A stretch of 47,209 nucleotides of DNA from Malacoraja senta (taxonomy: Eukaryota), in contig JAXLNO010000052.1 of assembly GCA_038087875.1 (NCBI GenBank), positions 1 through 47,209 of the forward strand, written 5' to 3'. Both the position numbers and the translations under genes were made by a program. Positions 38,781 through 47,209 of this stretch are shown piece after piece. The notes below the pieces were generated by a model. The model was given only the letters and a program-made list of their open reading frames with translations, had not been told where the DNA came from and did no database searches. Position 1 is the stretch's first letter; every line of letters starts with the position of its first letter.

Positions 38781-41003
38781 TTATGCTAGATTTAGGCCAT
38801 TAGGCTCTTTTGTCTGTAGCGCTTCTATCCATAGCCTCTCTGCTCTCTTGCGTCTCCCTGTTGTCCAATTTATGTTTGTTTCCAGACCCATGATCTCTAG
38901 GGACTGGATCCCATGTTGCTGGAAGTGTCTGCTAATGGGTATGGATTGGTCTCCCCTTGTGATGTTGCTGAGGTGTCCTGTCAGCCTGACTCTCATGCTG
39001 TTACCTGTTTCGCCTATGTACAGTAAGTTGCACTCTTTACATCTAATTGCATACACCACATTCTTTTGCTCACAGGTTATCCTCTGTGCTATCTGGCCTT
39101 TCTTCCCTGTTACACTGTTCTCTATATTTTTGGCTATTACTAAATGGGTGCAGGCTCCACACCGTCTCTGCCCACAGTCTGGGTCTGTGTGTAGACTTGT
39201 ACTGACCAGGATGTCCTTCAGATTTTTAGCCCTCTTGAATGCTGACATTACCTTGTACCCCTTTAGTGTGGCAAATCCCCTTTGGAATTGTTCAAAACGG
39301 CCCTTGACTATTTTGTGGGCCTGGACTGCCATGTTGCCATATCTTGTGATTAGTGGCAAGTTCAATGTCGTCCCCGGCCTAGGTCTGGGTGCTTGTATGC
39401 TACTTAGAAAATCTGACTTAATGTATCTTAATTTCCTTTTGCAGTAACCCCTCTGTCTGAGGGCGGTGAATAGGGTGCTTGTGGCCTGGTTGAAATCCTC
39501 CTCCCTAGTACATATACGGTGGAAGCGGGTCAGTTGTGACTTGACGATACCCCTAAAGGTGTGTTTTGGGTGGTGGCTCGTGGTATGTAGGAGGGTGTGG
39601 GTGTCTGTGGGTTTGAAAAATACTTTGGTAGCTAATTTATGGTCTTGGTTCTCTGATGGTAGTTTAAAGACAGTGGTGTCAAGGAAGTCCACCCTCTCCT
39701 GGCTAGTCATGACCTTTACCTTGATGGAAGGGTGGTGGGCATTGAGTATGTCAATAAACTCCTGTAATTCCCCTTCTGAGTGTGTCCACACTCCCCAAAT
39801 GTCATCTAGGAATCTATAGTAACACATTGGACGCTTAGGACATTTGTGGAAAGCTGTCTCCTCCCATTCTGCCATGTATATGTTGGCATAAGCTGGGGCA
39901 AACTTCTTCCCCATTGCTGTACCTTTGACTTGTAAATAGAACTCCCCGTTAAATTCAAAGTCATTCTTAGTCAAACCCAGATCAAGTAGTTTGACTAGGG
40001 CCTCGTCTGGTCTCTCTGGGTCAGGATTTCTCTGTAGGATGTTTTTAACTGCCTGTATCCCCCTGTCTGTCTCTATGTTTGTGTACAGGCTTTCCACATC
40101 CATGGTGAAGAGTATTGCATTGGGCGGTATGTTGAGGGAGTTAACTATTCGGGTGAAGTGGTAGGTGTCTTTGATGTAGCTGGGGTGTTGTTGTGCCAGT
40201 GGATTGAGGTAGTGGTCAATGTATTCTGCTACCCCATAGGATTCGCTACTACAGTCTGACACTATGGGCCTACCTGGCGGTATTTCTCCAGGCACTGTCC
40301 ACGTGTCTGGGTTTTTGTGTATCTTTGGGAGCATGTAGAATTTCCTCGCCCTGGGTTGTGTTCCTGTTAGGTATTCTACTTGTTTCTCTAGGATGTATCC
40401 TGATGTCTTAAGCTCTTCCAAAATGTCCCCTATTTCCTTTTGTGTTTCTTTATATATGGGCTCATCTAACTTAGTGTAGTGTTCTATCTTGTTCAGTTGT
40501 CTATGTGCCTCGAAGAGGTACTGTTGTCTGTCCATGATAACTATACTGCTCCCCTTGTCTGCTGGTTTGATCACTATCTCGTTATTATCTCTCAGCTCTG
40601 TCAAGGCCTGCCTCTCTTTTCTGGTGATGTTGGACTTATCTTTTGTTGTGGGCATATCCTCAATGGCTGATGCTGTCTCTGTTATAAATTCTGTTATCTG
40701 TCCAGGGACATCCTCGTCGTCTGGGGTCCACCCTGTGAGTGGCCTAAAGGGTATAATTTCTGCAGGCTCTGCGCCACTGAAGTGGTGTATTAACTTAATG
40801 GATCGGTAAAATCTGTGTAGGTCCCCCTGCACTTGTTCCTTGTGGGATTTGGGAGTAGGGACGAAGGTGAGGCCTCTGTTCAATACCCTCTCTTGGGTTT
40901 CGGTAAGGGAGAATGTTTGAGAAAGGTTGATGATTGTTTTCCCTAATTGTGGGCCCTGCCTCTCTTGGCATGGTGTCCCTAACAGTTTAAATGCTTCATC
41001 CAC
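38781..41003 (-). CDS. Penelope-like reverse transcriptase with Cys-rich linker and GIY-YIG endonuclease (ORF2); probably translated by -1 frameshift from ORF1
   Basis: PLE N-terminal motifs IINLS, VLNRGLTFVPTP and IKPADKG. RT motifs LPKIHK, GRPIVS, MDVESLYTNI, GTAMG..FAP.YAN, RFLDD and VDFLD. Linker CGQRRCGAC. Endonuclease NVVYAIRCKECNLLYIGET..R..H..E..W..GLN. The nominal start at 41003 is GTG, not ATG. Confidence 0.95.
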   Translation of the reverse strand: MDEAFKLLGTPCQERQGPQLGKTIINLSQTFSLTETQERVLNRGLTFVPTPKSHKEQVQGDLHRFYRSIKLIHHFSGAEPAEIIPFRPLTGWTPDDEDVPGQITEFITETASAIEDMPTTKDKSNITRKERQALTELRDNNEIVIKPADKGSSIVIMDRQQYLFEAHRQLNKIEHYTKLDEPIYKETQKEIGDILEELKTSGYILEKQVEYLTGTQPRARKFYMLPKIHKNPDTWTVPGEIPPGRPIVSDCSSESYGVAEYIDHYLNPLAQQHPSYIKDTYHFTRIVNSLNIPPNAILFTMDVESLYTNIETDRGIQAVKNILQRNPDPERPDEALVKLLDLGLTKNDFEFNGEFYLQVKGTAMGKKFAPAYANIYMAEWEETAFHKCPKRPMCYYRFLDDIWGVWTHSEGELQEFIDILNAHHPSIKVKVMTSQERVDFLDTTVFKLPSENQDHKLATKVFFKPTDTHTLLHTTSHHPKHTFRGIVKSQLTRFHRICTREEDFNQATSTLFTALRQRGYCKRKLRYIKSDFLSSIQAPRPRPGTTLNLPLITRYGNMAVQAHKIVKGRFEQFQRGFATLKGYKVMSAFKRAKNLKDILVSTSLHTDPDCGQRRCGACTHLVIAKNIENSVTGKKGQIAQRITCEQKNVVYAIRCKECNLLYIGETGNSMRVRLTGHLSNITRGDQSIPISRHFQQHGIQSLEIMGLETNINWTTGRRKRAERLWIEALQTKEPNGLNLA
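40951..40991 (-). promoter_or_regulatory. Putative -1 programmed ribosomal frameshift signal: U_UUA_AAC, 5-nt spacer, hairpin
   Basis: The minus strand reads CAT TTA AAC TGT TAG in the ORF1 frame, and ORF2 is in the -1 frame. The downstream GGGACACCAUGCC-AAGAGA-GGCAGGGCCC can fold into a bulged stem. Confidence 0.8.
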
Positions 41004-42757
41004 TCTCTGATCATGGCTCGGGCTGTGGGTTCTGTCCAGTGGATGTGGTCTACGTTTACTTTAAACTGGCCGGTGGGGATAGTGGGAATGTGTTTCTGGG
41101 TCTGTATGTAGTCATTAAGCTGTCTGAGTGTGACCTGCTCTGGTGCTGGGAGAGACTGGCTGAAGTTGATCATAGGGACCCATATGCTGGCATTAGGGAA
41201 TTTACGACTGGCCATCTTGATTAGTGTTTGGAGTTGTTTGATGGCAGTCTGTGGTCTTTGTTCCTTATTGTTAATGCCAAACGAGAGAATGACTTTTTGA
41301 GTTTCTGGGCATTGGATCAATTTGTCAAGGATGGAAGTGCCATGTATGCATTTGGCTCCTGGATAGCTGTCCAATTGTATGTTGTTGTTGTTGGAGAATT
41401 TGGGGATCCTGGCAATGTTGGAATCTCCAATTATTAAAACAGGCTTGCTGGGTTGTAGTTTCCAGGTAACATTTTTCTGACATGTGTGTGGGTGTTTAGT
41501 TACTTCAGCCAGTCTCTTCCCTGGACCCCTCTGTGTGTGCTGCTGAAAGTCGTCCTGAGAGTTACTGACTGTGTCTGTAGTCGGGGCCCTCTGGTGCTGT
41601 GTGCAGGCCCTACGTGCTGGTCTAACCCTCGGTGCTGGGACCCCCTGTGTTAGAGTGGAAAGGGTTGGTGTGAGGGAAGGGGTAGCAGTACCGGACCTGT
41701 TTCCCTGTGGTACCGCGGTCGTGACCTCCTTTCCGGTTGTCTCCGTGGTCGGTTCGGTCTCCCCCCTGGAGGGTCTGCGCTCGGCCCGTGGTCTCCGGGG
41801 GAGAGGGCCGTGGGATTCGTGGCGTGAGGAGATGCTCCGGTAGATAAGGGCGGATGTGCTGGGGGAATCGGAGCGCGTGGGCCGTGTCCAGTCATCCGAC
41901 CAGGTCTCGGTCTCGGACCGGAAGTGGGCCTGGGGCTCGTGTACCGGGGGGACCGGCTGGGCCGGCTGCTGCGGTCGCAACACCACGATCTGGGGGCTGT
42001 TGGGGGGGGTTATGTCGGGGCTGGCGGGAGCGGAGCCGTGGGCGGCGCGGCCGCGGGGAGCGGGGCCGCGGGGAGCGGAGCGGGACGCGCTCTGGACGGG
42101 GTCGGGACGGGTGGTGACCCAAGCGGTGCGTGGCCGCTCGATCTGGCTTTCCTGTGAAATAGTAAACAAGTCTTGCGGGATATTTACTGCCACATTCGAC
42201 GTTACAGCCGCTGGCCTACGGGGCTGGGCCTCCCGTAGGCTGCTGCGCTGTTCAGGCCCAGTCTCTGAGGTCAGGTTCAAAACTCGATGTCTGAGGTCCT
42301 CCAATCTGATTTTAAATTTATCTCCCAAATTTCTCTTGTTCCAGATTAGGGCCTTGGCGACCGCTTCCTGTACACGATCCGTAGGTTGGCCCTCACGGTA
42401 TTCATCCTCAAGATGCTCCAGACTATTTTGGTAATGTTCAATCAAAATTTGTCGTGTTTGTTTAGCCCAGGTTTCAGCATTAGAAGCTAATTTTTTAAAT
42501 GTTTCCTGGGTGGGATTTGCTGGTTTTACAAAGTATGTTAATATCTTGGCCTGCCTCGTGATACCCTTAGGGGGTACGTTCCGTTCCTTTAGAACTCCTA
42601 GATGGTGTAAAGCCTGGGCCATTTTATAAATAACTCTAACAGCAACTGCAAAGGAATCCCTCTGTCTAGATTGATTCCTGTGCTGGTTGCGATTCACCCC
42701 ATTACTGTTGTTAAACAATCCCCTTCTCCCCCCTTCCCTCTGCATGCCAGAACTCAT
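40979..42757 (-). CDS. ORF1 of the element: N-terminal helical region, long Pro/Arg/Thr-rich linker, C-terminal SGNH/GDSL esterase-like domain
   Basis: 592-aa open frame with ATG at 42757. Block I VLIIGDSN, block II YPGA, block III ILSFGINN, block V DHIH. Confidence 0.85.
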   Translation of the reverse strand: MSSGMQREGGRRGLFNNSNGVNRNQHRNQSRQRDSFAVAVRVIYKMAQALHHLGVLKERNVPPKGITRQAKILTYFVKPANPTQETFKKLASNAETWAKQTRQILIEHYQNSLEHLEDEYREGQPTDRVQEAVAKALIWNKRNLGDKFKIRLEDLRHRVLNLTSETGPEQRSSLREAQPRRPAAVTSNVAVNIPQDLFTISQESQIERPRTAWVTTRPDPVQSASRSAPRGPAPRGRAAHGSAPASPDITPPNSPQIVVLRPQQPAQPVPPVHEPQAHFRSETETWSDDWTRPTRSDSPSTSALIYRSISSRHESHGPLPRRPRAERRPSRGETEPTTETTGKEVTTAVPQGNRSGTATPSLTPTLSTLTQGVPAPRVRPARRACTQHQRAPTTDTVSNSQDDFQQHTQRGPGKRLAEVTKHPHTCQKNVTWKLQPSKPVLIIGDSNIARIPKFSNNNNIQLDSYPGAKCIHGTSILDKLIQCPETQKVILSFGINNKEQRPQTAIKQLQTLIKMASRKFPNASIWVPMINFSQSLPAPEQVTLRQLNDYIQTQKHIPTIPTGQFKVNVDHIHWTEPTARAMIREWMKHLNC

Positions 42758-42894
42758 TTCTGGCCTAGTCGATTATGCTGTAATGCTAATACAGACAAAT
42801 CGAAGTATCAATTATCTCTAGCGTCGTAGGGTTAACACCAAGGTGCTCACCAATTCTTTGGTTATTTGCCAGCTCGCGGAGACCGCTTGCCGAA

Positions 42895-42957
42895 CTCTTC
42901 CCGACTGGGCAACGATTTTCCAGTTTCGCTATCACTGTAGCTTCGTCAGGGAAAGAG
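42895..42957 (-). ncRNA. Type I hammerhead ribozyme
   Basis: Minus strand: CUCUUUCC-CUGACGA-A-GCUA(CAGUGA)UAGC-GAAA-CUGG(AAAAUCGUUGC)CCAG-UC^-GGGAAGAG. All three stems pair and the core is canonical. Predicted GUC cleavage between 42903 and 42902. Confidence 0.9.
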
Positions 42958-43289
42958 ATCTAGTCCTAGCCGGTTAGGGTTTTTAAAGGGTAGGTTGATG
43001 CTCCTCCCTTTCTGGGTGGAGCTTGCCATGTGTTGGGTCCTAGGACCGGTCACTTTGGTTGGGCACACCCTGTTTCTTGTTTGGACTGGTTAGCCCTCTT
43101 CCTTTGTTGTGTTAGTTACCACATGTCTCTGGTATCTTGTATCCTTTATTGCTAATGTTTTCAGCCTCTGTTGATCAATAAATGTGCAAAAATCTCTTGT
43201 CCACTATTATGTTCTGCAAGTCTTTAAGTTGTGTCTGTGCTCTGCCAACATGTTTCTAGTCTGTGTGACGCCAAAGGCTCTTCTGGGTA

Positions 43290-45740
43290 GGGGATCCTGG
43301 CTGGGGTAGGGGTGGGTATCGTGTTGTGGATTTGTCAGGGTCTCCTCCCTCTCTTTCGTGCCTGTCTGGTCTATGTGGACGTTTGGTAGGTTCCTCGTAT
43401 AATGGCTGCTAGGGGGTTGGGGGGGGGTTTCTGGGTAGTTCGGGGTGTTTTTTGGGGTTGTTTGGGGTGATTCGGTGGGGGTCTGCTGTTAGGTTTAGGT
43501 TGTAGGGGAGGGGGGGTTTATCAGTTGTTTAGGGGGAATGTTTTGGGTTGTTCGGGTTGTTTTTTTAGGGTTGTTTGGGGTGATTCAGTGGGGTCTACTG
43601 TTAGGTTTAGGTTGTAGGGGATGGGGGGGGTTTATCTGTTTTTTGTGGGGGATGTTTTGGGTTGTTCGGGTGTTTTTTTGGGTTTGGGGCGATTCAGTGG
43701 GGTCTGCTGTTGGGGTTAGGGTAGTAGGGCAGGGGGGGGGGTTTATCAGTTATATTGGGGAAATGTTTTGGGTTTGGGGTGTTCTTTGGGGTGATCCAGT
43801 GGTGTCTGCGCATTAGGTTTAGGTTGTAGGGGGGGGGGGTTTCCTTTGTTTGGGGGAGATGTTTTGAGTTTTTCGGGGTGTTTCTTTTGTTGTTTGGGGT
43901 GAGGGGGTCCTGGCTAGGGTAGGGGTGGGTATCGTGTTGTGGATTTGTCAGGGTCTCCTCCCTCTCTTTCGTGCCTGTCTGGTCTATGTGGACGTTTGGT
44001 AGGTTCCTCGTATAATGGCTGCTAGGGGGTTGGGGGGTTTTCTCTGGGTAGTTCGGGGTGTTTTTTGGGGTTGTTTAGGGTGATTCGGTGGGGGTCTGCT
44101 GTTAGGTTTAGGTTGTAGGGGAGGGGGGGGTTTATCAGTTGTTTAGGGGGGATGTTTTGGGTTGTTTAGGGTTGTTTGGGGTGATTCAGTGGGGTCTACT
44201 GTTAGGTTTAGGTTGTAGGGGATGGGGGGGGTTTATCTGTTGTTTGTGGGGGATGTTTTGGGTTGTTCGGGTGTTTTTTTGGTTTTGGGGCGATTCAGTG
44301 GGGTCTGCTGTTGGGGTTAGGGTAGTAGGGCAGGAGGGGGGTTTATCAGTTATATTGGGGAAATGTTTTGGGTTTGGGGTGTTCTTTGGGGTGATCCAGT
44401 GGTGTCTGCGCATTAGGTTTAGGTTGTAGGGGGGGGGGGTTTCTTTGTTTGGGGGAGATGTTTTGAGTTTTTCGGGGTGTTTCTTTTGTTGTTTGGGGTG
44501 AGGGGGTCCTGGCTAGGGTAGGGGTGGGTATCGTGTTGTGGATTTGTCAGGGTCTCCTCCCTCTCTTTCGTGCCTGTCTGGTCTATGTGGGCGTTTGGTA
44601 GGTTCCTCGTATAATGGCTGCTAGGGGGTTGGGGGGTTTTCTCTGGGTAGTTCGGGGTGTTTTTTGGGGTTGTTTGGGGTGATTCGGTGGGGGTCTGCTG
44701 TTAGGTTTAGGTTGTAGGGGAGGGGGGGGTTTATCAGTTGTTTAGGGGGGATGTTTTGGGTTGTTTTTTAGGGTTGTTTGGGGTGATTCAGTGGGGTCTA
44801 CTGTTAGGTTTAGGTTGTAGGGGATGGGGGGGGTTTATCTGTTGTTTGTGGGGGATGTTTTGGGTTGTTCGGGTGTTTTTTTGGTTTTGGGGCGATTCAG
44901 TGGGGTCTGCTGTTGGGGTTAGGGTAGTAGGGCAGGAGGGGGGTTTTATCAGTTATATTGGGGAAATGTTTTGGGTTTGGGGTGTTCTTTGGGGTGATCC
45001 AGTGGTGTCTGCGCATTAGGTTTAGGTTGTAGGGGGGGGGGGGTTTCCTTTGTTTGGGGGAGATGTTTTGAGTTTTTCGGGGTGTTTCTTTTGTTGTTTG
45101 GGGTGAGGGGGTCCTGGCTAGGGTAGGGGTGGGTATCGTGTTGTGGATTTGTCAGGGTCTCCTCCCTCTCTTTCGTGCCTGTCTGGTCTATGTGGGCGTT
45201 TGGTAGGTTCCTCGTATAATGGCTGCTAGGGGGTTGGGGGGTTTTCTCTGGGCAGTTCGGGGTGTTTTTTGGGGTTGTTTGGGGTGATTCGGTGGGGGTC
45301 TGCTGTTAGGTTTAGGTTGTAGGGGAGGGGGGGTTTATCAGTTGTTTAGGGGGGATGTTTTGGGTTGTTCGGGTTGTTTTTTAGGGTTGTTTGGGGTGAT
45401 TCAGTGGGGTCTACTGTTAGGTTTAGGTTGTAGGGGATGGGGGGGGGTTTATCTGTTGTTTGTGGGGGATGTTTTGGGTTGTTCGGGTGTTTTTTGGGGT
45501 TTGGGGCGATTCAGTGGGGTCTGCTGTTGGGGTTAGGGTAGTAGGGCAGGGGGGGGGAGTTTATCAGTTATATTGGGGAAATGTTTTGGGTTTGGGGTGT
45601 TCTTTGGGGTGATCCAGTGGTGTCTGCGCATTAGGTTTAGGTTGTAGGGGAGGAGGGGGGCTTCCGTTGTTTGGGGGAGATGTTTTGAGTTTTTCGGGGT
45701 ATTTCTTTTGTTGTTTGGGGTGATTCAGTGGGGTCTGCTG
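43290..45740. repeat. Four tandem ~605-bp G/T-rich repeats with ~95-bp internal subrepeats, inside the element's non-coding region
   Basis: TCCTGGCT anchor at 43295, 43908, 44507 and 45112. The subrepeat GGGGTGATTCAGTGGGGTCT..TTAGGTTTAGGTTGTAGGGG recurs within each unit. Confidence 0.92.
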
Positions 45741-46046
45741 GGGGGGGGGGCCTATCCGTGGTTTGGGTTATGATTATCATGGGGTGAGTTGTGCTTTGCC
45801 TATCCTGTCTGACCATCCTTTGGCTCCCTCTCTGGTCCTCCCTGTCTCCCTATCCTAGTTTTAGAGTGTCCCTCACTTCAATCCTATGATTATTCGAGCC
45901 CACTCTATTTCGGTTTGTACTGTTATTCTCCATCATCCCCCCTTTGGTTTGGGTTTCACCCTCCTGACTCCATTTGAATCTTTTCTGTGGCCTGCTCCTT
46001 CTGCGGTTTTGATTTGCCTGAGTGATGAAGCCCGTGTCACTGTAAA

Positions 46047-47209
46047 GGTTAGGTTGTGATTTATCGGACAGTGGGACAACATGCCCTCTGGTGCTTATTG
46101 ATCTCCCCCTGGGGATTCCTTTTCACTGTGTACTGTCACTTGGTATTTGGCCCACGGTTTCATCACCCTTGTCCAAATCTATTTGCCTTACACTTGCCCT
46201 TCCATAGATTTGTGGGAGTCAGTCAGGATCCACCCTAGGTTTGAGTTTATGCTAGATTTAGGCCATTAGGCTCTTTTGTCTGTAGCGCTTCTATCCATAG
46301 CCTCTCTGCTCTCTTGCGTCTCCCTGTTGTCCAATTTATGTTTGTTTCCAGACCCATGATCTCTAGGGACTGGATCCCATGTTGCTGGAAGTGTCTGCTA
46401 ATGGGTATGGATTGGTCTCCCCTTGTGATGTTGCTGAGGTGTCCTGTCAGCCTGACTCTCATGCTGTTACCTGTTTCGCCTATGTACAGTAAGTTGCACT
46501 CTTTACATCTAATTGCATACACCACATTCTTTTGCTCACAGGTTATCCTCTGTGCTATCTGGCCTTTCTTCCCTGTTACACTGTTCTCTATATTTTTGGC
46601 TATTACTAAATGGGTGCAGGCTCCACACCGTCTCTGCCCACAGTCTGGGTCTGTGTGTAGACTTGTACTGACCAGGATGTCCTTCAGATTTTTAGCCCTC
46701 TTGAATGCTGACATTACCTTGTACCCCTTTAGTGTGGCAAATCCCCTTTGGAATTGTTCAAAACGGCCCTTGACTATTTTGTGGGCCTGGACTGCCATGT
46801 TGCCATATCTTGTGATTAGTGGCAAGTTCAATGTCGTCCCCGGCCTAGGTCTGGGTGCTTGTATGCTACTTAGAAAATCTGACTTAATGTATCTTAATTT
46901 CCTTTTGCAGTAACCCCTCTGTCTGAGGGCGGTGAATAGGGTGCTTGTGGCCTGGTTGAAATCCTCCTCCCTAGTACATATACGGTGGAAGCGGGTCAGT
47001 TGTGACTTGACGATACCCCTAAAGGTGTGTTTTGGGTGGTGGCTCGTGGTATGTAGGAGGGTGTGGGTGTCTGTGGGTTTGAAAAATACTTTGGTAGCTA
47101 ATTTATGGTCTTGGTTCTCTGATGGTAGTTTAAAGACAGTGGTGTCAAGGAAGTCCACCCTCTCCTGGCTAGTCATGACCTTTACCTTGATGGAAGGGTG
47201 GTGGGCATT
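46047..47209 (-). mobile_element. Second tandem copy of the Penelope-like element (runs off the window edge)
   Basis: Matches 38583-39743, with visible differences only in a few bases next to the telomere junction. Confidence 0.95.
46247..47209 (-). CDS. C-terminal part of RT/GIY-YIG ORF2, copy 2 (partial)
   Basis: The 309-aa translation is identical to the C-terminus of 38781..41003. Confidence 0.93.
   Translation of the reverse strand, partial: NAHHPSIKVKVMTSQERVDFLDTTVFKLPSENQDHKLATKVFFKPTDTHTLLHTTSHHPKHTFRGIVKSQLTRFHRICTREEDFNQATSTLFTALRQRGYCKRKLRYIKSDFLSSIQAPRPRPGTTLNLPLITRYGNMAVQAHKIVKGRFEQFQRGFATLKGYKVMSAFKRAKNLKDILVSTSLHTDPDCGQRRCGACTHLVIAKNIENSVTGKKGQIAQRITCEQKNVVYAIRCKECNLLYIGETGNSMRVRLTGHLSNITRGDQSIPISRHFQQHGIQSLEIMGLETNINWTTGRRKRAERLWIEALQTKEPNGLNLA

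Larger units (their letters stand above)
38583..46046 (-). mobile_element. Penelope-like retroelement (Neptune-like, GIY-YIG+), one full period of a head-to-tail array attached to telomeric repeats
   Basis: Contains ORF1, ORF2, a hammerhead and the repeat region. Sequence from 38583 recurs from 46047 (ORF stop offset 46247-38781 = 7466 bp). Confidence 0.93.

Noticed and set aside
38781..41003. Telomerase (TERT) gene next to the telomere
   Set aside because: Intronless, tandemly repeated, lacks recognisable TERT T/CP motifs, and has PLE DKG and GIY-YIG signatures.
38848..42434. Plus-strand ORFs opposite ORF1/ORF2 (e.g. 38848..39447, 41856..42434)
   Set aside because: Antisense shadows of long coding or GC-rich sequence with no motifs.
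42819..42834. TAGCGTCGTAGGGTTA in the element leader resembles the 16-bp satellite unit (possible template)
   Set aside because: Needs one mismatch and two gaps over ~17 nt, which is too weak to support without statistics.
43538..45536. Gly/Val/Phe/Trp-rich ORFs in the 605-bp repeats
   Set aside because: Compositional artefacts of G/T-rich repeats, with frames broken by variable homopolymers.

Overview
Eukaryotic chromosome-end region, probably from a vertebrate. The repeat families look like those of cartilaginous fish, but that is inference only. No host protein-coding gene is evident. From left to right: (i) 1-5.3 kb, nested decayed LINEs (CR1, L1-like); (ii) 5.3-29.9 kb, a subtelomeric ~1.8-kb macrosatellite (9 units plus a truncated one) carrying CR1, L2 and other insertions; (iii) 29.9-37.2 kb, a very homogeneous 16-bp telomere-like repeat (GGGGTTAGAGTCGTTA)n, then (TCAGGG)n, then ~1 kb of (TTAGGG)n; (iv) distal to the TTAGGG tract, a head-to-tail array (period 7466 bp) of an intact Penelope-like retroelement on the minus strand, joined to the telomeric DNA through a GGTTAGG microhomology. 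This element is the main finding. It has an SGNH-esterase ORF1 linked to an RT/GIY-YIG ORF2 by a UUUAAAC -1 frameshift signal with a downstream hairpin. It also has a complete type I hammerhead ribozyme upstream of ORF1 and a G/T-rich 4 x ~605-bp repeat region with telomere-like strand bias. Its orientation fits reverse transcription primed from the telomeric G-strand, making it a candidate telomere-targeting retrotransposon in a TTAGGG genome.
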